Shown here in pieces: positions 1-8,925 of a DNA stretch of 64,000 nt; position 1 is the first letter of the stretch, and each line of letters begins with the position of its first letter. A program made the position numbers and the translations under genes. The stretch spans positions 32,001 through 96,000 of the forward strand of contig JAQBYT010000010.1 of the NCBI GenBank assembly GCA_027622665.1, in the 5' to 3' direction. Origin of the DNA: Verrucomicrobiota bacterium. Lineage in GTDB: Bacteria > Verrucomicrobiota > Verrucomicrobiia > Opitutales > Seribacteraceae. The notes beneath the pieces were generated by a model. That model was not told where the DNA came from. It searched no databases and saw only the letters and a list, made by a program, of their open reading frames with translations.

Positions 1-706
1 CGGAATCCTCGAAAGCAAATGCTTGGCCTGCCACGGCGAGAAAGGCAAGAAGGTGAAAGGCGAATTCAACCTGACAACTCGCAACGACCTTCTGAAGGGA
101 GGCGAGACCGCGGACGATGTTCTAGTTCCCTTTCATCCGGATAAAAGCCTCATCATGACCGCGATCCAATGGAAGGACGAGGACTATGAAATGCCCCCAA
201 AGGAAAACGATCGGTTGACATACGAGCAGATTGAATGAGTTCGGCGCTGGATCAAGTTTGGCGCTCCTTGGCCCGATCAAGTTACCCAGGACCGCCACCT
301 GCAGAAAGAAAGATCGATCCCAGTTACGGAAGAAGGCTTGCTGGTCTAGACAAGCGGCGGACTCTCGGAGGAGTGGACCTACAGGCGCTATAAGCCAGAG
401 GACGTTTGGGCCTTCCAATCGGTGGTCAAACCGAAGGCTCCCGAAAGCGCATCCCATCCAGTCGATGCCTTTGTGAAAGAGAAACTAAGAGAGGCAAAAG
501 TATCCCCCGCTCAGCAGGCGGATTTCCACACCCTCGTCAAGCGTGCTTACCTCGATCTGCATGGACTTCCTCCAACACCCTTCGAAATCTACCAGTTTCG
601 CCTCGCATGGGACAAGGACCCCGACAGGGCTTGGAGCGACCTGATCGATCATTTACTCGACAGCCTTCATTACGGTGAACGTTCCGCCTAGCACTGGCTC
701 GACGTC
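1..706 (+). pseudogene. Planctomycete cytochrome c + DUF1549 (PSD1-type) protein, pseudogene; 5' end outside the window
   Basis: One frame from nt 2 reads GILESKCLACHG (CxxCH)...EMPPK...RRWIKFGAPW...VWAF...PVDAF...KRAYLDLHGLPPT...HYGE..HWLDV. In-frame stops at 236-238 (TGA), 347-349 (TAG) and 689-691 (TAG). Homology to the intact paralogs in this window ends abruptly near 706. Confidence 0.85.
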
Positions 707-1686
707 ACAGACGTCGCCATGGATTGGCTCAAGGCAAGGGATAAGAAAAAGCCTTTTTACTGAGCCTCCAGTTCAAGGCCGCCCGATACGATAAATTGCT
801 CGCGGGGATACCCATCGCCCAACCGCCCACTCTCTACGAAGACGTTTACAGCAGCGACTCGAACCTCAAGAAGGAGTTCCTCAAAAGAACCAAGTTTCAC
901 ATGTTGCTTTCCGGCGGCAATCCCAAGCAAAGCAAGGAAGGCAATGCCTATTACTTCCGTCATTTGAAAGACAAAGCGCCGAACGAAATGTGGAAACACG
1001 ACCCAAAGAGTGATAAGGACAGGATTCGCGTGGCCTACCAACACATGATCCACAAGTACATACGCTGCCTGACCGGCAACGACGACAACCTGAAGCGGGT
1101 CCTCGATTATTTAGACCAAGAAAAGCTGACCGAGGACACCATAGTCGTCTACACCTCAGACCAAGGCTATTGGCTGGGTCAGCACGGCTTCTACGACAAA
1201 CGACTCATCCTCGAGACCTCCATGTGCATACCATTCCTCATACGGTATCCTCGATTGATCAAGCCGGGCACTGTGAACAAGGATCTTTGCATAAACGTTG
1301 ACCTCGCCCCCACCCTATTAGAACTGGCCGGACTGACATCCCCCGGCGCCATGCAGGGACATAGCATGGTTTCCTTGCTTCAGGGCAAATCCCCTACCGA
1401 CTGGCGCCATTCCCAGTTCTACGCCTATTGGGGAACCCTCAATCATTACGGCATACGCACCGAACGTTACACCTACCTCAAACTCGCGGGCCACCCCGCA
1501 GAACTGTTCGATCGTGAAACCGACCCGGACCAAGTCCATAACGTCGCTGCCAACACCGAAAACAAACCGGTCGTCGAACGACTGGAAAAGGAACTGCAAA
1601 AACAGATTCGAGAAGTAGAGATCAGGAGATACGAACTGCCGACCTCCTCAGGGAAACAAGAAAAGATACATAAGGCTCGGCGGTAA
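707..1686 (+). pseudogene. Sulfatase, C-terminal part only (catalytic N-terminus missing, frameshifted)
   Basis: TDVAMDWLKARDKKKPF, then a frame change near 750-760 to FLLSLQFKA..., continuing as ORF 796-1686 with sulfatase motifs TIVVYTSDQGYWLGQHGFYDKR, NVDLAPTLL, ELFD..DP.Q..N. No CxPxR region. Confidence 0.8.
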
Positions 1687-1763
1687 GCTTAGCCAAACGA
1701 ACAAAACCACTTTCTCCCATCTCTACGCTTGCCTTGACCAGCTATTATACGTCCGATTCGAGA

Positions 1764-3650
1764 ATGAAAGCTTTTTTTCAAATCCTCGGGTTGAATTTTC
1801 TGTTTTGGGGTTCGACGACACACGCTGAACACTTCCCTGAGCCACCCGACACTCAAAAGACCGATCTCAAACTTCCTTCTCCCGAGGAAAGTGCTGCGGG
1901 CTTCACTTTGCCTGAGGGTTTCAAGGTAAACGTCTTCGCCGCAGAGCCCGACGTGCGCCAACCTATCGCCATGACTTTCGACGACCGCGGGCGCTTATGG
2001 GTCGCCGAGTGCTACACTTACGCCGACCGCACATTGATCTTCAATACAGAATTGCGAGACCGCATCGTCATTTTTGAGGACACCGACGGCGACGGCAAGT
2101 TCGACAAAAGGAAAGTGTTTCATGACGGGTTACAGCGCCTCACAAGCATCGCTCTGGGTTTCGGCGGTGTATGGGCCACCTGCGCCCCCGATTTCATCTT
2201 CATTCCAGATGAGAACGAGGACGACAAACCTGATGGCGAACCTACAGTGCTTCTCGATGGCTGGCATTCCGGCAAGGTGCGACACAACATCGTGAATGGC
2301 CTAAAATGGGGACCCGACGGTTGGCTGTACGGGCGCCATGGCATCCTCGACACATCCAAGGTGGGAAAGCCCGGAACCCCGGACGAAAGCCGCGTGAAAC
2401 TGCGTTGCTGCATTTGGCGCTACCATCCAACCCGACACATATTCGAGGTCGTTTGCGAAGGCACCACTAATTCGTGGGGGCACGACTGGGATGAGCACGG
2501 TCAGCTTTTTTTCATCAACACGGTGATCGGCCACCTTTGGCACGGAGTCCCCGGAGCATACTATAAACGCATGTACGGACAACACTACAATCCGCACCTC
2601 TACGAACTGATCCAGCAAACCGGTGATCACTTCCACTGGGACATAGGGCGTGAAAAATGGGCAGACTTAAAAAAAACAGGTCTTACTCCAAGCACTGACG
2701 AAGCCGGTGGCGGACATGCTCATTGCGGCATGATGATTTATCAGGGAGACAACTGGCCCGCCAAGTACAGAGGCAAATTGTTCACCGCAAATTTTCATGG
2801 TCGACGACTCAATAGCGAACGACTCGAAAGAAGCGGATCTAGCTATGTGGGAAAACACGAAGCTGATTTCCTCAAAGTTAAGGACCTCTGGTTTCGTGGT
2901 GTGGAGTTGGACTACGGGTTCGACGGTTCCGTTTATCTGCTGGACTGGTCGGATGTCGGAGAATGCCACGAAAACGACGGACTCCATCGCTCGTCGGGGC
3001 GTATTTATCGAATTACCTACGGAGAAACCAAGTCCAAGAGCATCGACTTGAAGAAACTGAACTCCATCGAACTGGCCGAGCTACAACTTCACTCAAACGA
3101 ACGACTCGTGCGTAACGCTCGACGTATTCTTCAAGAAAGAGCTGAAGAGGGGAAAAACCTCACGGACGCTAAACAAAGACTTGAGGAAATCTTGGCAAAG
3201 AATCCCAACGTCACACGTAAACTGCGAGCACTCTGGTGCCTCTACGGCATAGGAGAGCTTGATGCAAAACGGCTCGGTCTCCTACTCCGGCATAAGGAAG
3301 AACACATACGTGTCTGGGCTATCCAGTTGCTCGTCGACTTCGGGTCACCGAACGTTGAGACAATTGACCTGTTCACCTCGCTCGCGATAACCGAGCAATC
3401 CGGCCTCGTGCGACTTTACCTTGCATCCGCTATGCGAAAACTACCTCTAGAGAAACGCTGGCCTTTGGCTACCGCACTGGGGAATAGAGAAGATTTGAAC
3501 GAAGACCCTGTCTTCCCGTTGATGCTTTGGTACGGTATAGAGAGTGCCGTCTCCGCAAACCCTGCCGCCGCCCTTAAAATGGTAACAGCGTGCAAAATCT
3601 CCAAGATTCAACAATTCATTCCTCGTCGACTCACAAGCATTAAAAATTAG
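1764..3650 (+). CDS. PVC-type putative membrane-bound dehydrogenase (beta-propeller + HEAT repeats), lacking the usual C-terminal cytochrome c
   Basis: Signal peptide from ATG 1764. Motifs LPEGFKVNVFAAEP..RQPIAMTFDDRGRLWVAE, EDTDGDGKFD, NGLKWGPDGWLYG, GTTNSWG, DWSDVGECH, then HEAT-like helices. No CxxCH. Confidence 0.8.
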   Translation: MKAFFQILGLNFLFWGSTTHAEHFPEPPDTQKTDLKLPSPEESAAGFTLPEGFKVNVFAAEPDVRQPIAMTFDDRGRLWVAECYTYADRTLIFNTELRDRIVIFEDTDGDGKFDKRKVFHDGLQRLTSIALGFGGVWATCAPDFIFIPDENEDDKPDGEPTVLLDGWHSGKVRHNIVNGLKWGPDGWLYGRHGILDTSKVGKPGTPDESRVKLRCCIWRYHPTRHIFEVVCEGTTNSWGHDWDEHGQLFFINTVIGHLWHGVPGAYYKRMYGQHYNPHLYELIQQTGDHFHWDIGREKWADLKKTGLTPSTDEAGGGHAHCGMMIYQGDNWPAKYRGKLFTANFHGRRLNSERLERSGSSYVGKHEADFLKVKDLWFRGVELDYGFDGSVYLLDWSDVGECHENDGLHRSSGRIYRITYGETKSKSIDLKKLNSIELAELQLHSNERLVRNARRILQERAEEGKNLTDAKQRLEEILAKNPNVTRKLRALWCLYGIGELDAKRLGLLLRHKEEHIRVWAIQLLVDFGSPNVETIDLFTSLAITEQSGLVRLYLASAMRKLPLEKRWPLATALGNREDLNEDPVFPLMLWYGIESAVSANPAAALKMVTACKISKIQQFIPRRLTSIKN

Positions 3651-3663
3651 AGTCTACCGAGAA

Positions 3664-3692
3664 TTGACCAATGGCCAACTGAGTGTAACAAT
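3664..3692 (+). promoter_or_regulatory. Possible sigma70-type promoter for the deoC operon
   Basis: TTGACC-N17-AACAAT in the intergenic gap about 50 nt upstream of deoC. Confidence 0.3.
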
Positions 3693-3744
3693 AGACTCCT
3701 GATCATACCTTTCGGAACTTCAAAATTCCTGCCCTAACATAAGT

Positions 3745-4647
3745 ATGAGCCTTAGCGCTACACTTGCCAACTCACCCCCCATCGATAGCGTCGGAGTAGC
3801 TGAGCGTGTGGCCAGATTCAGCACAAGAAGCATAAAGAAGTCATCCAAGATGGAGGCTCTAAAACTTGCCTTGTCCATGATAGACCTCACCACGCTCGAG
3901 GGTAAGGACACCGAGGACAAAGTGAGACGGCTCTGTTACAAGGCTCGGCATTTGCACGTCGATCTGCCCGACCTCCCCACGGTGGCCGCAGTGTGCGTCT
4001 ACCCTACGATGGTTAAAGTTGCCCGAGAGGAATTGAACGATTGCGGGGTCAAGGTAGCTTCCGTGGCAACCAGTTTCCCCAGCGGGCAAGACGATCTCTC
4101 TCTACGCATTCAGCAAACGAAGGGAGCGGTTCGAGATGGAGCGCAAGAAATCGACATGGTCATTTCCCGGGGACGTTTTCTGGCAGGTGATTACCAATAC
4201 GTGACCGATGAAATTGTCGCGGTAAAAGAAGCCTGCGGTGAGGCTCATTTAAAAGTCATCCTGGAAACCGGCGAACTGCACACTCTCGAAAACGTGCGAA
4301 AAGCTAGCGATCTCGCCATCCACGCCGGTGCCGACTTCATAAAAACTTCCACCGGCAAGGTGCAACCTGCGGCTACCATGGAAGTTACGCTCGTCATGCT
4401 GGAAGCCATTCGCGACCACTTTCAAGAAACAGGAAAAATCGTGGGTATGAAACCCGCAGGGGGAATTTCCAATTCAAAGATCGCCATTCGTTATCTAGTT
4501 ATGCTCCGTGAAACCCTTGGCAATCGCTGGCTAACGCCGAAGCTGTTCAGATTCGGCGCCAGCAGTCTCGCGAATGATCTTCTCATGCAAATCGTGAAAC
4601 AAAGTTCTGGCGTATACCAATCGTCGAACTATTTTTCCATTGACTGA
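3745..4647 (+). CDS. deoC: Deoxyribose-phosphate aldolase
   Basis: IDLTTL, AAVCVYP, EIDMV, LKVILETG, ADFIKTSTG (Schiff-base Lys), GMKPAGGI, RFGASSL. Confidence 0.95.
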   Translation: MSLSATLANSPPIDSVGVAERVARFSTRSIKKSSKMEALKLALSMIDLTTLEGKDTEDKVRRLCYKARHLHVDLPDLPTVAAVCVYPTMVKVAREELNDCGVKVASVATSFPSGQDDLSLRIQQTKGAVRDGAQEIDMVISRGRFLAGDYQYVTDEIVAVKEACGEAHLKVILETGELHTLENVRKASDLAIHAGADFIKTSTGKVQPAATMEVTLVMLEAIRDHFQETGKIVGMKPAGGISNSKIAIRYLVMLRETLGNRWLTPKLFRFGASSLANDLLMQIVKQSSGVYQSSNYFSID

Positions 4648-4661
4648 CCTCTTTTACCGAC

Positions 4662-6152
4662 ATGGCGAAAAAAAATAGCAACAAGTTGGATTTCGATACG
4701 GGCTGGCATTACGACCCCGCACCCGAATCCCCCGAACTCGCCAAGCTAAACGACAGCTACGACCTCTTTATCGACGGCAAATTCGTTAAGCCGGCGAGTG
4801 GGAAGTACTTCGACACGACCAGCCCTTCCAGTCACAAGACCCTCGCAAAAGTGGCCGAGGCCGACAAGCGAGACGTCGACAAAGCCGTGACCGCCGCCCG
4901 CAAAGCCTACGAAGGAACATGGTCTCGCCTCCGACCTTCGGAACGAGGTAAATACCTATTTCGCATCGCACGGGTGATTCAAGAACGATCTCGGGAACTG
5001 GCCGTTACGGAATCCTTGGACGGTGGAAAACCAATCCGAGAATCACGCGACATTGACCTTCCCCTCGTAGCCGCCCACTTCTTTTATCACGCGGGTTGGG
5101 CCGACAAGCTCTCTTACGCTTTTCCGGGACGAAAAGTAAGTCCATTGGGAGTTGCAGGACAAATTATACCGTGGAATTTCCCACTGTTAATGGCTGCTTG
5201 GAAAATCGCGCCCGCATTGGCCGCAGGTAACACAGTGGTCATCAAGCCTGCCGAAACCACTCCGCTGACATCCCTCAAACTGGCAGAGATCTTCCAGGAA
5301 GTCGACCTGCCTCCCGGAGTAGTGAACATATTAACCGGAGCAGGATCCACAGGTGAGTCTATCGTTCGTCATCCCGATGTGGACAAGATTGCTTTCACAG
5401 GATCGACCGAGGTGGGGAAGCTTATCCGCAAGACATTAGCGGGAACAGACAAGCGACTCACCCTTGAACTTGGTGGCAAGGCCGCAAACATAGTATTCGA
5501 GGACGCCGCCCTCGACCAAGCCGTGGAGGGCATAGTCAACGGCATCTTCTTCAACCAAGGTCATGTCTGCTGCGCGGGATCACGGTTACTCGTTCAGGAA
5601 TCAATTTCCAAAAAACTCGTCCGAAAGCTGAAAGACCGTATGGAAACTCTCATCGTGGGCGATCCGCTAGACAAAAACACTGACATCGGAGCAATCAATT
5701 CGAAAGAACAACTTAAAAAGATTCAAGGATACCTAAAGGTAGGCCAACGCGAGGGAGCTGAAATCTTCCAAACCTCATGCCCTCTACCCAAACGCGGAAA
5801 CTGGTGTCCCCCCACCCTATTCCTCAACGCCTCCCAGTCTCATCGCATTTCGCAGGAAGAAATTTTCGGCCCGGTGCTCGCCATTCAAACATTCAGAACC
5901 GTCGACGAAGCCATCGAAAAAGCCAACAATACGCCCTTCGGACTATCCGGCGGCGTCTGGACAGACAAAGGCGCCAAGGCTTTCCATGTAAGCGAACGAA
6001 TCAAGGCAGGCGTCGTATGGATTAACACCTTCAACAAATTCGACCCCGCCTCACCGTTTGGCGGATATAAGGAAAGTGGTTTCGGCCGAGAAGGCGGTCG
6101 CCACGGACTAGAAGCCTACCTCAACATCAGTGAAATGGGAGGAACCCGATGA
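4662..6152 (+). CDS. Aldehyde dehydrogenase (probably acetaldehyde-oxidising, downstream of DeoC)
   Basis: IIPWNFPL, KPAETTP, FTGSTEVG, LELGGK, GHVCCAG (catalytic Cys), EEIFGP, PFGGYKESGFGREGG. Confidence 0.93.
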   Translation: MAKKNSNKLDFDTGWHYDPAPESPELAKLNDSYDLFIDGKFVKPASGKYFDTTSPSSHKTLAKVAEADKRDVDKAVTAARKAYEGTWSRLRPSERGKYLFRIARVIQERSRELAVTESLDGGKPIRESRDIDLPLVAAHFFYHAGWADKLSYAFPGRKVSPLGVAGQIIPWNFPLLMAAWKIAPALAAGNTVVIKPAETTPLTSLKLAEIFQEVDLPPGVVNILTGAGSTGESIVRHPDVDKIAFTGSTEVGKLIRKTLAGTDKRLTLELGGKAANIVFEDAALDQAVEGIVNGIFFNQGHVCCAGSRLLVQESISKKLVRKLKDRMETLIVGDPLDKNTDIGAINSKEQLKKIQGYLKVGQREGAEIFQTSCPLPKRGNWCPPTLFLNASQSHRISQEEIFGPVLAIQTFRTVDEAIEKANNTPFGLSGGVWTDKGAKAFHVSERIKAGVVWINTFNKFDPASPFGGYKESGFGREGGRHGLEAYLNISEMGGTR

Positions 6153-7030
6153 TGAGCAGCAACTCCCCCGACAGACGGCTCTCAGTCGCCAAAACCTACA
6201 AATTGTACATTGGCGGCAAATTCCCCCGAACCGAATCAGGTAGAACCTTTGAGGCCCGCTCACACTCGGGTGACCTTCTCGCCAACCTCTGCCGAGCCTC
6301 CCGCAAGGATTTGCGCGAAGCTGTCGTAGTCGCTCGAAAAGCCTTTCCCGGTTGGGCAAAGCGATCGGGTTACAATAGAGGACAAATCCTATATCGAATC
6401 GCCGAAATAATGGAGGGTCGGATTGATCAATTGGTGAACGAAATATCTTCTCAGGGCGTGGCCCAAAAAAAGGCGCTCAAAGAAGTCGAGACCTCCATCG
6501 AACGCTTTGTGTATTATGCAGGGTGGGCCGACAAATATGCCCAAATCCACGGTTCGGTAAATCCGGTATCTACATCACACTTTAATTTTTCCGTCCCGGA
6601 ACCGATGGGAATCGTGGGAATAATCTCCCCTAACGAACCTTCTCTACTGGGTCTTGCCACACTACTTGCGCCAGCATTGGCGGGTGGAAACGTCGTCATC
6701 TCTCTTGTTTCGGAAACTCGTCCGCTAGCACCAGCAACTTTTGCCGAGATCCTCCACTCTTCGGACGTACCCGCCGGAGTAGTCAACATTCTGACGGGAT
6801 TCCGCAAAGAACTTCTTTCCGATTTCTCCACCCACATGGACGTGAATGCGATCCTTGCCGCGGATTTATCGCTCAAGGAAAGAAAACTTACTGAGGAAAA
6901 CTCCGCCCTGAACCTAAAACGGGTGGTGCATCTACCGGCCAAGGCCATTTCCGCTACGGATAATCCCGGAATATCTCCCATTCTCAGCTTACAGGAAACC
7001 AAGACTACTTGGCATCCGGTCGGGACCTAA
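6149..7030 (+). CDS. Short aldehyde-dehydrogenase-family protein (NAD-binding/oligomerisation part, no catalytic domain)
   Basis: ATGA overlap with the upstream ALDH. KTYKLYIGGKFPRTESGR, YYAGWADK, GVVNILTG, ETKTTWHPVG. Lacks ELGGK and the catalytic Cys segment. Confidence 0.85.
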   Translation: MMSSNSPDRRLSVAKTYKLYIGGKFPRTESGRTFEARSHSGDLLANLCRASRKDLREAVVVARKAFPGWAKRSGYNRGQILYRIAEIMEGRIDQLVNEISSQGVAQKKALKEVETSIERFVYYAGWADKYAQIHGSVNPVSTSHFNFSVPEPMGIVGIISPNEPSLLGLATLLAPALAGGNVVISLVSETRPLAPATFAEILHSSDVPAGVVNILTGFRKELLSDFSTHMDVNAILAADLSLKERKLTEENSALNLKRVVHLPAKAISATDNPGISPILSLQETKTTWHPVGT

Positions 7031-7031
7031 T

Positions 7032-7418
7032 TCACCAAATCGTGGTTACGGGGTATTTCTTAATTTCCTCGTCGGGCGTAAGAATGCTCAAACCTTCCGC
7101 CAAAGCAGTGGCCACGAGAATGCGGTCGATCGCATCATCGTGGTGATAAGGCAGTTCGGACAAGCGATAACAAGCTTCGCGCCTCAAGGGTAACGCCTTC
7201 ACCTGCCACAGTTCTCGTTGCTTCTCCACCCAGTCCCTCGGAACCTGCGGCATTTCGAGAGAACCGTCGTTATATTTCAGGCAAAGCTCAAGAACGGATG
7301 AATCGCTAAGGAAGAAATCATTGGTCTCGTCAGATAGCGTTTCAGTGGCGAGCCGACTCAGTTTAGTCGGTTCAGCCGCCAACCACACGAAAGGAAAAGT
7401 ATCCAACAGAACGCGCAT
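7032..7418 (-). CDS. vapC: PIN-domain toxin, type II toxin-antitoxin system
   Basis: MRVLLDT...SVLEL..K...HHDDAIDRILVATA...ILTPD, the PIN acidic pattern; 128 aa. Confidence 0.9.
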   Translation of the reverse strand: MRVLLDTFPFVWLAAEPTKLSRLATETLSDETNDFFLSDSSVLELCLKYNDGSLEMPQVPRDWVEKQRELWQVKALPLRREACYRLSELPYHHDDAIDRILVATALAEGLSILTPDEEIKKYPVTTIW

Positions 7419-7419
7419 G

Positions 7420-7659
7420 CTAAAAGTATACTATAGTATCTCCCACTTTCCCTTGGACCTCGCGTGTCTCCACTATTTTGACCGCTTTGGAAGTTGATTC
7501 TCCAACCGTGGGGCGCGGGCGTTTGGATTTTACTGAATGAGGAACCAACCGAACGACAGGTCGCTTCCCCTTGGCGATCACGACTTCACCGCCCGATTCG
7601 GCTTCATCCAGCAACCGAGACAAGTGAGTTTTCGCTTGGTGCGTAGTGTAAAGTGTCAT
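7420..7659 (-). CDS. Phd/YefM-family antitoxin
   Basis: HQAKTHLSRLLDEAESGGEVVIAKGKRPVVRLVP; ends 1 nt before the vapC start. Confidence 0.9.
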   Translation of the reverse strand: MTLYTTHQAKTHLSRLLDEAESGGEVVIAKGKRPVVRLVPHSVKSKRPRPTVGESTSKAVKIVETREVQGKVGDTIVYF

Positions 7660-7759
7660 GACTTAGTTTTAATTTTTTTAAACTTAGCTAATTAACTTTT
7701 ATCGAGCAAGAGCAAAGAACTGGAGTATTCCATGTCGTGGGGTTCCGGGAAAAAATGTG

Positions 7760-7828
7760 TTACTTCCACATTCAAAGGCTTGCCGGAGAAGTAAAGTTGC
7801 CGGAAAGTAACATCATCCTTTCTTACTT
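7760..7828. promoter_or_regulatory. Repeated motif in a divergent promoter region (candidate regulator site)
   Basis: Direct repeat TTGCCGGAGAAGTAA (7780-7794) and TTGCCGGAAAGTAA (7797-7810), plus inverted half-sites TTACTT at about 7760 and 7823. Confidence 0.3.
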
Positions 7829-7849
7829 AAATCCACAAATCACAACGCC

Positions 7850-8893
7850 ATGAACGCTAAAAGTCTCACACGTCGCGACTTTCTGTCCACAACGGCCATT
7901 GCGACCGCCTCGCTCGCCGCTGTTCCAGAACTATCTGCAAAACAGTTAGCTCCCAAAGGAAAAACATCGGAAAGCTACGTGAAGCTTTTGCATGCGTCCT
8001 TAAGCGATAGTCAAAAAAAAGTACTTTGCTTTCCTTGGGACCACAGGGATAAGAAAAACGGGTTGCTCCGAACCCATGTCTCCAACAATTGGCGTATCAC
8101 AAATCACGCTCTCACAAGCGATTTCTACACGAAAGAACAACAGGTCCTTATCCGAAAGACGTGGGAAGGGCTGGTAAATCCCGACTGGGTGGAACGATTC
8201 GACAAGCAGTTCAAGGACGATATGGGTGGGTTCGGTAAAAAACAAGGAATCGCCATCTTCGGGGACCCGATGACCAAAGGGGAAAACTACGAATTCGTTC
8301 TAACGGGTAGACATGGCACGGTACGGTGCGACGGTGATTCCGCAGACCACATGGCCTTTGGCGGTCCAATTGTTTATGGACATGCCGCCAGTGGTTACTA
8401 CGAAAAGGCTGCTCATCCAAACAACGTGTTCTGGCACCAAGCAGTAGCAGCCAACGATTTGTTCGAGATGCTAGATGGCAAGCAAAGAGAGAAAGCCCTG
8501 CGCCCCAAGGCACCGGAGGAATCCGACATCGGTTTTCGCTCAAAAGGCGAAGCGATTGATGGAATCGCCATTGAATCCTTTTCCCGTGATCAAAAGGAGC
8601 ATGCCCAAAAATTACTCCATTCTCTACTGGAACCCTATCGCCTAAAAGACCGCGAAGAAGCATTGACTGCACTCAAGAAGCAGGGCGGATTGGATGCCTG
8701 TCATCTCACTTTTTACAAAGAAGACGATCTGGCTAACGATGGCATCTGGGACAATTGGCGCCTCGAAGGCCCATCATTCGTCTGGCATTACCGGGGGGCT
8801 CCACACGTACATGTCTGGTTAAACATTGCAGACACTGCAAAAGTCGATTTGAACTCCAACAACCGCTCAGGGCCGCTGCGCCAAAAGAGCTAA
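7850..8893 (+). CDS. Tat-exported DUF3500-family protein
   Basis: Twin-arginine signal SLTRRDFL. Motifs IAIFGDP, GRH.T.R.DG, FGGPIVYGH, WRLEGPSFVWHYRGAPHVHVW. Confidence 0.75.
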   Translation: MNAKSLTRRDFLSTTAIATASLAAVPELSAKQLAPKGKTSESYVKLLHASLSDSQKKVLCFPWDHRDKKNGLLRTHVSNNWRITNHALTSDFYTKEQQVLIRKTWEGLVNPDWVERFDKQFKDDMGGFGKKQGIAIFGDPMTKGENYEFVLTGRHGTVRCDGDSADHMAFGGPIVYGHAASGYYEKAAHPNNVFWHQAVAANDLFEMLDGKQREKALRPKAPEESDIGFRSKGEAIDGIAIESFSRDQKEHAQKLLHSLLEPYRLKDREEALTALKKQGGLDACHLTFYKEDDLANDGIWDNWRLEGPSFVWHYRGAPHVHVWLNIADTAKVDLNSNNRSGPLRQKS

Positions 8894-8925
8894 ACTTTTC
8901 TCAGACCAAAACAAGGAAGATTATT

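Noticed and set aside
236..691. Stop-codon recoding (TGA/TAG read-through) in the DUF1549 frame
   Set aside because: Both TGA and TAG occur, a frameshift and a deletion junction are adjacent, and other genes end normally with TGA or TAG, so decay is the simpler explanation.
8755..8925. Upstream ORF extensions (also at 13133, 38686, 45677, 53397, 60528)
   Set aside because: They overlap neighbouring genes or precede a clear signal peptide, so downstream starts were preferred.
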